Source of the DNA: Nitrospirota bacterium
GTDB taxonomy: Bacteria; Nitrospirota; Thermodesulfovibrionia; Thermodesulfovibrionales; Dissulfurispiraceae
Assembly (NCBI GenBank): GCA_963790025.1
Contig: CAWBMP010000004.1
Span: 96,001 to 160,000, forward strand
DNA: 64,000 nucleotides
Direction of reading: 5' to 3'
This document shows, piece by piece, positions 1 through 9,495 of the stretch; position 1 is the first letter of the stretch; each line of letters opens with the position of its first letter. The position numbers and the translations under genes are program-made. The notes beneath the pieces are model-generated. The model made no database searches and had not been told where the DNA came from. It worked only from the letters and a program-made list of their open reading frames with translations.

Positions 1-651
1 TTTTACATGCTGTTCATAGGGCAGATAGCCGACGTAGTCCACAGATAGTTTCAGAAATCTGTCCGCTACAATCGCCAGCTTCCGGAAGGTATCGAATGCC
101 TCTTTTTCGGAGCGTGCAGTGTTGACGAGAATCCTGAAACACCTTTCTCCAAAATCTCTTGACAGCACCTTTATCAGGGCATAAGCGTCTGCCAGCGACG
201 TCGGCTCCGGGGTGACAATCACAATAGTCTCCTGCGCTGCGCTGCAGAAAAACAGCACGTTGTCCGCTATGCCGGCGCCGGTGTCGATAAGAAAGATATC
301 GAATGGCACATTAAAATTATCCAGTTCGGTGACAAGTTTCAGCCGGCTCTTATCGGAAAGTTCCGTCAACTCTCTCACCCCTGAGCTTGCGGGCAAAATC
401 ATTATGTCCAATGGACCTTTCACAATAATGTCTTGCATCGTCTTTTCACCTAACAGAACGTGCTTCAGATTGAATTTCGGAGCTATGCCGAACAGAACAT
501 CTATGTTGCTTAAGCCGAGGTCGGCATCGAGAATAAGGACTTTTTTGTTCAAGCCAGCATAGAACAGGGCAAGATTTGCAACAAAGTTAGTCTTGCCGAC
601 ACCGCCTTTTCCGCTGGAAACAGCTATGATGCGTGGTCCCGCCTTAGTCAT
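1..651 (-). CDS. flhG: MinD-like flagellar number/placement ATPase FlhG (FleN), 3' end outside window
   Basis: Read manually: ATG at 651 overlapping flhF stop (TAATG) gives MTKAGPRIIAVSSGKGGVGKTNFVANLA (deviant Walker A), later DADLGL and IDTGAG motifs; follows flhF. Confidence 0.93.
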   Translation of the reverse strand, partial: MTKAGPRIIAVSSGKGGVGKTNFVANLALFYAGLNKKVLILDADLGLSNIDVLFGIAPKFNLKHVLLGEKTMQDIIVKGPLDIMILPASSGVRELTELSDKSRLKLVTELDNFNVPFDIFLIDTGAGIADNVLFFCSAAQETIVIVTPEPTSLADAYALIKVLSRDFGERCFRILVNTARSEKEAFDTFRKLAIVADRFLKLSVDYVGYLPYEQHVK

Positions 652-1688
652 TAGATACCTCCAATAATCAGGCCGGCAAGAAAGTCCGATGTTGGGACCC
701 TTATGTCGTCCGGCACACCTGGCCCTGTAGTTATAAATGATAGCGGCCTGCTTGTAAGCATGGAAATGTTGTAGAGGCCTCCGTACTGAGTAGCCATATC
801 AAGTTTTGTAAACCCGATTGAGTCGATCATATCGCTATCGCACTTCTTCCATGCTTTAAGTGCGGAAGACACGCTCATCGATGAATCTACAAGAAAGCAT
901 TTTTTGACAGGGAACCCGGAAGGGAATATATCTTTTATGTCGCCCAGAATATTATGGAATTCGGTCCCGGGTGTATCGATGAGCAGAGGCCCCTTCTTCA
1001 TTTCCTTATACACCATTTTCGGCAGGTCACTTATTCTTCTCGCCATTTTTAAAGGACATCGCAGTTGTTGTGAAAGCGCTTTCATGTTTGCAACAGAACC
1101 AATCCTGTCGGCATCAAGAGAGATAAGGTTTACAGGCATTCTTCTTGAAGCAAAGAGATGAGCAACTTTACAGACAGTCGTCGTTTTGCCTACGCCTGGA
1201 GGTCCGAGAAAAATCAACCCACTCTCTTCAGCCGGCAGAAGTCCCTGAATTTTGATGTCACCCTTTATGCTGTTCTTCAAACTGTCGAGTGTTTCCTGAG
1301 ATCTTTCCAGCAGAAGCATCGCAAACTGGATATCGACCCCTTGCTTTACAAGAAGATTGAAAAGTCCTTTTTTGTCCTTTCCTATTCTGAGGGTTGGGAC
1401 AATCGGCCGCAGTGTCTCTTTAAGATAACAGACCTCCTCCCGGAGCCCTCTTATCTCCCTTAACAGTTCGTCCCTTTCAGAAGCAGCCGCGGCTTCAGAG
1501 GGATTGGACAATGCTTCATCATTTTCGTCAAGGGCAACGGTAACTTCCACAGCCTCTTTACTGCGCATTCCGAACGGGCCCGATTTTACTGATTTACTCG
1601 ACAAAATTATTGCGTCCGAACCCAGTTCTCTCTTGACCGTCTCTAATGCATCCTTGAAGCTCCGCCCTACAAATTTCTTGATCCTCAT
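651..1688 (-). CDS. flhF: SRP-type GTPase FlhF
   Basis: MRIKKFVGRSFKDAL..VKRELGSDAIIL N-terminus, GPPGVGKTTT, DTPG, TKLD; start moved to ATG 1688 (AAGGGG SD). Confidence 0.93.
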   Translation of the reverse strand: MRIKKFVGRSFKDALETVKRELGSDAIILSSKSVKSGPFGMRSKEAVEVTVALDENDEALSNPSEAAAASERDELLREIRGLREEVCYLKETLRPIVPTLRIGKDKKGLFNLLVKQGVDIQFAMLLLERSQETLDSLKNSIKGDIKIQGLLPAEESGLIFLGPPGVGKTTTVCKVAHLFASRRMPVNLISLDADRIGSVANMKALSQQLRCPLKMARRISDLPKMVYKEMKKGPLLIDTPGTEFHNILGDIKDIFPSGFPVKKCFLVDSSMSVSSALKAWKKCDSDMIDSIGFTKLDMATQYGGLYNISMLTSRPLSFITTGPGVPDDIRVPTSDFLAGLIIGGI

Positions 1689-1740
1689 AGTATCCCCCTT
1701 AAAAAAGCGTACGGCGTTCCGGGCACAGCGCTGCACGCCT

Positions 1741-3786
1741 TTATTCCAGCTTCAGCGTTCCAATAGAAAATACTTGCGTACTAGGCGTAATCTCGCCCTG
1801 TGATACGATCATGATACTGCCTGATATCCGTTCAGCCAGTTTCTTCAGAAACCTCCTGATCGTAGGCGAACATAGCACGACCGGTTGATATCCCTTACGG
1901 ACCCCGTCCTCATAATTTTTTTTCAAGTTCTCGCTGATCTTATCAGATGTCACCGGATCAAGGGCCAGATATGAGCCCTGCGGTGTGCTCTGAACAGCTT
2001 CTATTATCTGCCGCTCAACTTTAGGGTCCACTACAATGACGGATATTGACCCATCGGTCCCCTGCAATTGTTTTGTAATGTTACGGGCCAGCGCTTGCCT
2101 GACATACTCTGTCAGTACTTCCGGGTCCTTGGTGACCGCAGCATAATCCGAAAGAGTTTCAAGTATAGTTTGAAGGTCTCTAATAGAAATTCTTTCTCTC
2201 AACAGGTTTTGCAGCACTTTCTGCACTGCGCTTAAGCCAAGAAGGGCGGGGATGAGGTCCTCCACCACTTTGGGGTGTGTTTTAATCAGATTATCAAGCA
2301 GCTTCTGTACATCCTGTTTGCCTAATAATTCATTTGAATAATTCTTTATTACTTCGGTCAGGTGTGTCGCCATCACTGACGGCACATCAACAACCGTATA
2401 GCCGAGCAGTTGGGCTTCCTCCCTGTTTTTTTCATCAATCCAAACTGCATTTAAGCCAAAAGCAGGGTCTTTTCCCGGTATGCCTTCAATCTTTGACGTT
2501 TCGGTACCTGGCGCAATAGCAAGGTATTTATTAAGCATTACATCTGCGGTAGAAACCCCAACTCCTTTTATAAGAATCGAATAAGAATGCGGCTTCAATG
2601 ATAAATTATCTTTTATATGGACCGGTGGAACAATATAGCCCATGTCCGTGACCATTTGTCTTCTGATCGCCTTTATTCTGCTCAGAAGAGTGCCGCCTTC
2701 CTCCACAAGCGGTATCAACCCGTAGCCAATGTCCAGCGATAGAGGATCAATGGGGAGCAATGATTCGAGTGTCTCGGGAGGTTTTACCTCCTCCACTGCC
2801 GGGGCTTCCACAGCTTCCTTCAGCGTGAGTTTCTGTTTTATAAAGTACGCCGTTGTCCCGGTTATGGTTGCGAGAATAATAAAAGGTAAATGAGGCAGCC
2901 CCGGAATCAGTCCGAAAAAACCCAGTATACCGGCTGTGGTACCAAGCACCTTGGGGTTCGCAAAAAGCTGATTAACCACATCGGTGCCGAGGTTCGCCTC
3001 CGCAGCCGCCCTTGTGACAATAATACCGGCGGCGGTTGAGGTGACCAGTGCAGGGATCTGTGCCACCAATCCTTCTCCTATTGTCAGTATGGTGTAAGTC
3101 TGCGCGGCTTCCGCCATAGGCATGCCCTTCTGAATGACCCCTATCATAAATCCGCCAATAATGTTGATTACCATGATAATGATAGCGGCAATGGCATCTC
3201 CCCTCACAAATTTGCTGGCGCCGTCCATAGATCCGTAGAAATCAGCCGCCCTGCTTATTTCCTGCCTTCTCTTCCGCGCTTCTCTTTCATCTATAAGACC
3301 TGCATTCAGGTCCGCATCGATACTCATTTGCTTGCCCGGCATTGCATCGAGGGTAAACCGGGCCGAAACTTCGGCAATCCTGCCTGCGCCCTTCGTAATA
3401 ACAACAAAATTTATTATTATCAAAATAAAAAAGATGACGAAGCCCACCACAAAATTACCGCCGACTACAAATGCCCCGAAAGATTTAATTACCATTCCGG
3501 CGGCCTCGATACCGGTATCGCCCTTCGTGAGAATAAGCCGCGTGGAGGCGATGTTCAAAGCGAGTCTCAGCAGCGTCGCTACAAGCAAAATGGAAGGGAA
3601 GACGGAAAAATCAAGGGGCTTTTCAGTATAAGCCGCCACAAGCAGCACAACAATAGACAGCGTAATGCTGAAAGATAAAAAGAGATCAAGCAGAAGGGCC
3701 GGCACTGGAATGATCATCAATCCGAGGACCAGCACTATGCCGAATGCCAATAAAATGTCGCTCTGTCTTAACAGCCTTTCAAGCAT
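1741..3786 (-). CDS. flhA: Flagellar export gate protein FlhA
   Basis: RIAEVSARFTLDAMPGKQMSIDADL and FYGSMDGASKFVRGDAIA signatures. Confidence 0.98.
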   Translation of the reverse strand: MLERLLRQSDILLAFGIVLVLGLMIIPVPALLLDLFLSFSITLSIVVLLVAAYTEKPLDFSVFPSILLVATLLRLALNIASTRLILTKGDTGIEAAGMVIKSFGAFVVGGNFVVGFVIFFILIIINFVVITKGAGRIAEVSARFTLDAMPGKQMSIDADLNAGLIDEREARKRRQEISRAADFYGSMDGASKFVRGDAIAAIIIMVINIIGGFMIGVIQKGMPMAEAAQTYTILTIGEGLVAQIPALVTSTAAGIIVTRAAAEANLGTDVVNQLFANPKVLGTTAGILGFFGLIPGLPHLPFIILATITGTTAYFIKQKLTLKEAVEAPAVEEVKPPETLESLLPIDPLSLDIGYGLIPLVEEGGTLLSRIKAIRRQMVTDMGYIVPPVHIKDNLSLKPHSYSILIKGVGVSTADVMLNKYLAIAPGTETSKIEGIPGKDPAFGLNAVWIDEKNREEAQLLGYTVVDVPSVMATHLTEVIKNYSNELLGKQDVQKLLDNLIKTHPKVVEDLIPALLGLSAVQKVLQNLLRERISIRDLQTILETLSDYAAVTKDPEVLTEYVRQALARNITKQLQGTDGSISVIVVDPKVERQIIEAVQSTPQGSYLALDPVTSDKISENLKKNYEDGVRKGYQPVVLCSPTIRRFLKKLAERISGSIMIVSQGEITPSTQVFSIGTLKLE

Positions 3787-3795
3787 AATAAACCT

Positions 3796-3868
3796 CGTAC
3801 TGCGTACTGCGTTTTAAAGGCTGCTTTAAGCCTTGTTACGCTGAACGCAGAACGCAGTATCCGGAACG
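3796..3868. repeat. Inverted 7-mer arrays (CGTACTG / ACGCWGA family)
   Basis: cgtactg cgtactg cgtt ... acgctga acgcaga acgcagt; relatives at 1707-1739, 15587-15710, 20282-20359, 21089-21164, 56213-56241. Confidence 0.8.
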
Positions 3869-3883
3869 ATATATTCTGTACGC

Positions 3884-4942
3884 TCATCGTATTTTCCCCT
3901 TGAGTTTATACACATTGGCAAGGATTGCTGCCATTGCCTTGTAAAAAACCTCCGGGATTTCCTGATCGATCTGAAGCTTGTATAAAGACCGGGCCAGCAG
4001 TTTATCTTCAAAGACCGGCACTCCATGTGCCCTTGCGATCTCCCTTATCTTTTCCGCGATCAGATTGGCCCCTTTTGCCTTTACCGCAGGAGCGCCCATA
4101 GTGGCTGAATCGTACTTGAGTGCAACGGCATAATGGGTGGGGTTGGTAATTACCACGTCTGCCTTCGGCACTTCCTGCATCATTCTCTTGCGTGCCATCT
4201 CTCTCTGCAAGCTCTTCAGCCTTGCCTTGACCCGTGGATCGCCCTCCATCTCCTTATGTTCTTCTTTCACTTCCTGTTTCGTCATTTTCAGGTCGCGTGA
4301 GTACTGCCACCGCTGGTATGAAAAATCTACAACGGCAAATATAGAGAGAACAATAACAGAGGTCATAAAAAGCTTTTTTAGTAACACAAATGAAAATTGG
4401 GCCATTCCCGAAATGTCCATGTCGGTGATAAGTGGAATATTCATCATCTCCTTTTGTAAAAGCTTATAAAGGACGAGGCCGAGGACAATCACTTTTAACA
4501 AACCCTTTGCCGCTTCGAAATACATACTAAGATTAAAAAATTTTTTGATCCCTTTCAGCGGGCTGAGCCGCGTGATGTCAGGGGTCAGAGGCTTGGTAGT
4601 TATTAAAAAGCCGCTCTGCAGAAAACCCACAGTCATAACCGCTATGAGCAATGACACGAACAGCGGGGCCATCATTAAAAGCGCTCTTATTGAATCTCCC
4701 CTGAATATTTGCACAAAAGAGGAATCCGTCAGCGAGACCTCAAAGCCTCTTTTAAGCGCCATTCTTAAGTAGTTCAGCAGCATCGTGAACATAAAACCGC
4801 CGAAAGATAGATATAAAAATACAACCCAGAGCGGCATGATGCCGACAATATCCCGGCTCTTTGGGATATTACCCTCTTCACGTGCCTTTTCACGCCTTCG
4901 CCCTGTAGCCTGTTCCGTTCGCTCCTGATCTTCTTCAGCCAT
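3884..4942 (-). CDS. flhB: Export substrate-specificity switch FlhB
   Basis: ERTEQAT N-terminus, MTKQEVKEE.K..EGDP, NPTH autocleavage motif. Confidence 0.98.
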   Translation of the reverse strand: MAEEDQERTEQATGRRREKAREEGNIPKSRDIVGIMPLWVVFLYLSFGGFMFTMLLNYLRMALKRGFEVSLTDSSFVQIFRGDSIRALLMMAPLFVSLLIAVMTVGFLQSGFLITTKPLTPDITRLSPLKGIKKFFNLSMYFEAAKGLLKVIVLGLVLYKLLQKEMMNIPLITDMDISGMAQFSFVLLKKLFMTSVIVLSIFAVVDFSYQRWQYSRDLKMTKQEVKEEHKEMEGDPRVKARLKSLQREMARKRMMQEVPKADVVITNPTHYAVALKYDSATMGAPAVKAKGANLIAEKIREIARAHGVPVFEDKLLARSLYKLQIDQEIPEVFYKAMAAILANVYKLKGKIR

Positions 4943-5005
4943 TCCTCTCTCCTAAAAAAAGCAGGCAAAGGTAAGGGCAGAGGCCTGCTTTTACCTTTGC
5001 CTGCC

Positions 5006-5743
5006 TCATCTCGTAATCACCATGATGGTGTCTTTAACAGTCATAAAAGCACTTGAAATGACCTGAATACTTAGCGGCAAAGATAGGACCATAAATATCA
5101 AACCCAAAGTTATGAGTAACGGGAAGCTTACGAAAAAAACATTCGCCTGAGGAATTGCTTTTGAAAGAAATCCCAATGACAGGTTTATCAGCAACTGTAC
5201 CAGCAGCACAGGGGCAGCTATTTTAAGTGCCATCGGGAAAAAAAACGCATTCAATTTTATGACAGAACTGAACACGCCATTATAACGAATGCTGCTGACA
5301 TCAAAGCTCCGCACAATACCCTCGATGATAAAATAGTGCACGTCGAAAATAAAGAATAACGCCATAGACAGCATCGAATAAAAGAGACTCAAGGGACTCA
5401 GTTGCTCGCCAAAGGTCGGATTGAAAACTGCCGCCATCGATAAACCCATCGCCAGGCTTACCCATTGCGCCGCCATCTCAATGGCGCCCAGGATTATTCG
5501 TGTGGTCAATCCCATGGCAGAACCCACAAAAAAAGCCTCAAAAACCGCCTTTACCGGATTAGAGGCGTCAACATTAACTATCGGAAGGAGCATCAACGTT
5601 AAAGCTATTGAAAGGCCGGCCCTTATCAGTATAGGGGTTTGCTGCGCGCCGATAAAAGGAATAAAAGACAACATCACAGCCACCCTGATAAATATGGGAA
5701 TGAATTTGTCCGCATAGACATTTATCAAGTTATATAATTCCAT
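5006..5743 (-). CDS. fliR: Flagellar export protein FliR
   Basis: Hydrophobic 245 aa, KAIPQANVF motif, position between fliQ and flhB. Confidence 0.93.
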   Translation of the reverse strand: MELYNLINVYADKFIPIFIRVAVMLSFIPFIGAQQTPILIRAGLSIALTLMLLPIVNVDASNPVKAVFEAFFVGSAMGLTTRIILGAIEMAAQWVSLAMGLSMAAVFNPTFGEQLSPLSLFYSMLSMALFFIFDVHYFIIEGIVRSFDVSSIRYNGVFSSVIKLNAFFFPMALKIAAPVLLVQLLINLSLGFLSKAIPQANVFFVSFPLLITLGLIFMVLSLPLSIQVISSAFMTVKDTIMVITR

Positions 5744-5817
5744 AATTAAAGCTTTAATTTAACTTCTTTCAACTTCCTCTTTTTCTTTGCCTTCATCTTC
5801 ATCTTTATCTTTACCTG

Positions 5818-6087
5818 TTATTTGATGTACATCGGTATATTCTCAAAAATACTTTTTGTGAAACCCACAACTGTCTTTACCATCCAGGGAAGTGCTACGA
5901 GTAAGGTTATAAAGACTGCAACAATCTTCGGAACGAAGGTCAGGGTCATCTCCTGGAGTTGTGTAACTGACTGAAAAATGCTTATCATCAATCCGATGAC
6001 AAGGCTCACCATCAATACGGGCCCCCCCACCAGCAGAATAGTTTCAAATGTCTGCCTGGAAAGCTGGTTCAATAACTCAGTTGTCAT
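5818..6087 (-). CDS. fliQ: Flagellar export protein FliQ
   Basis: FQSVTQLQEMTLTFVPKI motif; start at ATG 6087 overlapping fliP stop (ATGA). Confidence 0.96.
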   Translation of the reverse strand: MTTELLNQLSRQTFETILLVGGPVLMVSLVIGLMISIFQSVTQLQEMTLTFVPKIVAVFITLLVALPWMVKTVVGFTKSIFENIPMYIK

Positions 6088-6866
6088 CTGAATCCCCCGA
6101 TAAGAGAACCGATCAGGAGCTGCCATCCATCGACCATGACAAAAAGCAGCAACTTAAAGGGCATGGAAACCATGACAGGGGGCAGCATCATCATACCCAT
6201 CGAGAGCAGTACGCTTGCAACAACCATATCAATAACCAGAAAGGGAAGAAAAATAAGGAACCCTATCTCGAATGCCTTTTTAAGCTCTCCGATGGCAAAG
6301 GCAGGAATCACCACCCGCATAGGCAAATCCATCGGTTTTGCAGGTCTCTCCGATTTAGACATCTTCAGAAAGAAAGCAAGCTCCTTCTCTTTAGTCTGTC
6401 TAAGCATGAACTCCTTCAGAGGGCCCCCTGCCCTGTTAATGGCATCTTCGACCCCAATCTCTTTTTTTGAATATGGTTGATACGCTTCCGAGTAAATCCG
6501 GTCGATGACCGGTGACATGATGAAAAATGTAATAAAGAGGGCCAACCCCAGGATTACTTGCGTCGGCGGCACCGAAGGAGTGCCGAGCGCCTGCCTCAAA
6601 AAAGAAAGCACTACAACAATTCTGGTGAATGAGGTGACCATGACAAGAATTGCAGGCAATATGGACAAAAGGGTCAGGAACAGGAGCAACTCAAGGGGCG
6701 TCGACAGGCCAAAAAGTCCGGCACCAGCAGGAGGGGCAGCTGTCGCCGGTGTCTGGGCTAAAACAAAAGAAGGCAACAAAAGGCAATAGGCGATAGGCAA
6801 TAGGCTATAGGTCAAAAACGAAAGACCTTTTCTGTTCTGTTTTTTTATCGTTGACCTATTGCCCAT
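6084..6866 (-). CDS. fliP: Flagellar export protein FliP
   Basis: TSFTRIVVVLSFLRQALG and MGMMMLPP..PFKLLLFVMVDGW signatures. Confidence 0.97.
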   Translation of the reverse strand: MGNRSTIKKQNRKGLSFLTYSLLPIAYCLLLPSFVLAQTPATAAPPAGAGLFGLSTPLELLLFLTLLSILPAILVMVTSFTRIVVVLSFLRQALGTPSVPPTQVILGLALFITFFIMSPVIDRIYSEAYQPYSKKEIGVEDAINRAGGPLKEFMLRQTKEKELAFFLKMSKSERPAKPMDLPMRVVIPAFAIGELKKAFEIGFLIFLPFLVIDMVVASVLLSMGMMMLPPVMVSMPFKLLLFVMVDGWQLLIGSLIGGFR

Positions 6867-6884
6867 AGCCTATTGCCTATCGCC
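6771..6884. repeat. Inverted 7-mer arrays (AGGCAAT / CCTATTG family)
   Basis: aggcaat aggcgat aggcaat aggctat ... cctattg cccatag cctattg cctatcg; relatives at 44531-44619 and 9431-9491 (TAGCTCA variant). Confidence 0.85.
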
Positions 6885-7217
6885 ACCTTGCTTTGTCCCT
6901 AGCCATTTAAGTCTGCTTTTTTGAATTTCGCTGTACGCTTTGGGCCCATCGTCATTTGCTTTTCGCAATTCTTCAATTTCTTCACGATTCAGTTTGCTCA
7001 GGAGCGAGATGCTCTCGTCGGCTATACCCACTGCAATGTAATCATTCACTATTTTAATAATGGCTATGCCTCTCTTGGGTCCTAACGACTGATAATGGAG
7101 CATCTCGATCATCCCCTTTTGCGGCAGCATTTTTTGCTTCATAAACCTGAGCAGCAGATATACCGCAGCAAGGGTCAACAGTAAAGCTGCAGAAACTTTA
7201 ATAATTTCGAAACCCAA
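6870..7217 (-). CDS. fliO: Flagellar protein FliO/FliZ
   Basis: Single N-terminal TM helix, SLGPKR beta-domain, between fliN and fliP. Confidence 0.82.
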   Translation of the reverse strand: MGFEIIKVSAALLLTLAAVYLLLRFMKQKMLPQKGMIEMLHYQSLGPKRGIAIIKIVNDYIAVGIADESISLLSKLNREEIEELRKANDDGPKAYSEIQKSRLKWLGTKQGGDRQ

Positions 7218-7252
7218 GAAAACCTCCTATACCTCTACCTTTACCTGTTTTT

Positions 7253-7582
7253 TCATCTTAGTTGCCTTACCCGCTCCGTCGGGCTTACGATGTCCGTCAG
7301 CCTGATGCCGAATTTTTCATTCACCACAACCACCTCGCCCCTGCCTATGAGCTTTTGATTAACATACACCTCCATAGGCTCACCGGCCAGCTTATCAAGA
7401 GCGATCACCGATCCCTGTCCAAGCTGCAACAGCTCCTGAACGAGGATTTTTGTGTTCCCTATAACCACCATCAGTTCAAGCGGGACATCAAGAATAAAAT
7501 TGATATCACGATGGGTAGTCTGAGGTGGTTGGACCTCTCCTTTAAACTCCTGCACATCCAGATTTTTGACATCTTCCGACAT
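7253..7582 (-). CDS. fliN: C-ring protein FliN
   Basis: ILDVPLEL..LGQGSVIALDKLAGEP..GEVVVVNEKFGIR SpoA domain. Confidence 0.97.
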   Translation of the reverse strand: MSEDVKNLDVQEFKGEVQPPQTTHRDINFILDVPLELMVVIGNTKILVQELLQLGQGSVIALDKLAGEPMEVYVNQKLIGRGEVVVVNEKFGIRLTDIVSPTERVRQLR

Positions 7583-7612
7583 TATAAAAACCTCCGTTCC
7601 CTGTACGCGTTT

Positions 7613-8593
7613 CTAATGTTTTTCATCCTGCTGTATTACTTTTGTTATTCTTAAGGCCCTGTATCCCCTGTGCACGCCGAATTTGGCTTTAAACTTGGCG
7701 CTTCCTTCAACCATCACATTGAGGTCTTCATCAACATTGCTATTAAGGACAAGCACATCCTCCTCCTGCAGATCGAGAACATCTTCGACAGTGAGCACAG
7801 TCCTGCCCAGCACTCCGGTCAAAGTGACAGGTATCTCTGTCAGCCGCTCCTTCAGACGCTCAAGCCATTTGATATCCAGTTCATCCCTGTCGGCGGAAAA
7901 AGCGCTGTATAATTTCTCCTTAATCGGCTCTACCGACCCGTAAGGAATACAGAGGAAGGCCTTGCACTGTTTACCTTCAACCTCGAGGACAAACTCTACT
8001 TTAATGACAACATCTACCGGGGTAACAATAGTTACAAACTGCGGGTTCATTTCCGAACGCACGTAGATAGGTTTGATAGGGTAAACAGGCTTCCAAGCCT
8101 CTTCCATGTCATCAAAAAAAAGTAATACTACTTTATGTATGATTTTCTGTTCTATAGGCGTAAACTCTCTTCCCTCCGGTTTATAGTAGCCTTTCCCGGT
8201 GCCGCCGAAAATGAATTCGATAAGACTGAATATCATGGAGGCGTCAAACACCAGAAGCCCGAAGCCCCTGAGCGGCTCCATCTTGAAAATGTTTATGCTC
8301 GAAGGAAATGGGACACCTCTCATAAAATCATAAAATTTGGTAATAGTGACATTGACGTTCGTGATATCCACCATATGCCTGATTACCGCTGACAGAGAAA
8401 GGCGGAAGTTCCTTGCCAGCCGCTCGTTGGCAATATCGAGGGACGGCATCCTTCCCCTGACAATCTTCTCCTGGCCGGTAAAATCATATGCCTTGACGCC
8501 GGAAGTTTCCTCCAGCTTCTCTGTTTCTACCTCTCCTTCAGCAATGCCCTTTAGAAGGGCATCAACTTCATCCTGCGAAAGAATATCTTCCAT
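7613..8593 (-). CDS. fliM: C-ring switch protein FliM
   Basis: ILSQDEVDALL CheY-binding motif, EGREFT.IE, SEMNPQF. Confidence 0.97.
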   Translation of the reverse strand: MEDILSQDEVDALLKGIAEGEVETEKLEETSGVKAYDFTGQEKIVRGRMPSLDIANERLARNFRLSLSAVIRHMVDITNVNVTITKFYDFMRGVPFPSSINIFKMEPLRGFGLLVFDASMIFSLIEFIFGGTGKGYYKPEGREFTPIEQKIIHKVVLLFFDDMEEAWKPVYPIKPIYVRSEMNPQFVTIVTPVDVVIKVEFVLEVEGKQCKAFLCIPYGSVEPIKEKLYSAFSADRDELDIKWLERLKERLTEIPVTLTGVLGRTVLTVEDVLDLQEEDVLVLNSNVDEDLNVMVEGSAKFKAKFGVHRGYRALRITKVIQQDEKH

Positions 8594-8610
8594 TTAACCC
8601 CCAAAAGACA

Positions 8611-8698
8611 GGCATAGGTAAAGGTATAGGTAAAGGAAAAAACTTTTTCTCTTATTATGTTTGCCTTTTCTTTCACTCTACCGATACCTCTGCCTTCT
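8611..8698. repeat. Inverted 6-mer arrays (AGGYAW / WTRCCT family)
   Basis: aggcat aggtaa aggtat aggtaa ... taccga tacctc tgcctt; relatives at 4961-5004, 5757-5817, 7223-7247, 24248-24333, 53957-54053, 55476-55564. Confidence 0.8.
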
Positions 8699-8701
8699 TT
8701 C

Positions 8702-9202
8702 TCATTGCATGACAAATTCTGTAAGGTAAACATTTTTCACTGTGTTGTTTCCCAGAATCTGGTTTGCCATCATATTTATTTCATCTTTGAGCTGCAGTTT
8801 TCCTTCCGCCGACATCAGGGTATCAGAAGTCTTGCTCGTCAACAGATTTATGACCGCATCCCTCAGTTGCGGTGTTTTTACCTTGGCGCTTTCCATAGCA
8901 GCCTGGTTCGCAAGCTCCAATTGCATTGATACCTTCAGAAACTTGGAGGCACCCTGGTCGCCCAGATTAACTACAAAAGGGTCCAGAGCGAACATTGAAC
9001 TTTCTTCCTTCGGGTTTGCCTCTCCCTTTTTTGGTCCTTTATCACCGCCGCCGCCTGATTTCGTAAGAAAGAAAAATGCGCCGCCACCGCCCAGGATAAC
9101 AGCAACAGCAATGACTATAATAAGAATAAACTTCTTTCCCGATTTCTTTTTACTGGATCCCGTACCTTCCAAGTCAAATTTTTCGTCCTTTTCATCATCC
9201 AT
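8702..9202 (-). CDS. fliL: Basal-body associated protein FliL
   Basis: Basic patch plus TM helix, LDPFVVNL, VYLTEFVMQ C-terminus; start ATG 9202 with GGAGGT SD. Confidence 0.94.
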   Translation of the reverse strand: MDDEKDEKFDLEGTGSSKKKSGKKFILIIVIAVAVILGGGGAFFFLTKSGGGGDKGPKKGEANPKEESSMFALDPFVVNLGDQGASKFLKVSMQLELANQAAMESAKVKTPQLRDAVINLLTSKTSDTLMSAEGKLQLKDEINMMANQILGNNTVKNVYLTEFVMQ

Positions 9203-9320
9203 AAAATACCTCCGAAAATAGCGTGTTGCTTCGCACTTCAAGCGGCCACAATAATCGTTGTTCCTACCACAAGCATGACTCGCCAACGGCGCAGAAAAGC
9301 TTCCAGCAATAGAATATAAA

Positions 9321-9335
9321 GCTAAAACTATGCCA
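9321..9335 (-). promoter_or_regulatory. Sigma-54 -24/-12 promoter for the fliL operon
   Basis: Minus strand TGGCATAGTTTTAGC fits GG-N10-GC, about 120 bp upstream of fliL. Confidence 0.7.
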
Positions 9336-9376
9336 GGATATAACTATTTGATTTTATGAAAGTATTAATAAGGAAG

Positions 9377-9434
9377 GTCAAAAAAATGACGGAATAGAAG
9401 CCATTAGAGGCTCCCTAACCGTCAATAAATTAGC
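9377..9434. promoter_or_regulatory. Putative FleQ-like enhancer sites
   Basis: GTCAAAAAAATGAC (9377-9390, GTCA-N6-TGAC) and degenerate GTCAATAAATTAGC (9421-9434), upstream of the sigma-54 site. Confidence 0.55.
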
Positions 9435-9495
9435 TCATAGCTCATAGAAAAGCACTTTCTGCCTTTGCTATGAGTTATGAGCTATCAGCTAATTA

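Noticed and set aside
212..562. + strand 116-aa ORF and the many other + strand ORFs over flagellar, lactate and ilvD genes
   Set aside because: Antisense shadows of well-supported minus-strand genes (here flhG, missing from the track because it runs off the window).
4961..5004. Intrinsic terminator between fliR and flhB
   Set aside because: A strong hairpin with a T-run follows on the coding strand, so partial termination is possible, but it lies mid-operon and belongs to the 6-mer array family; counted there instead.
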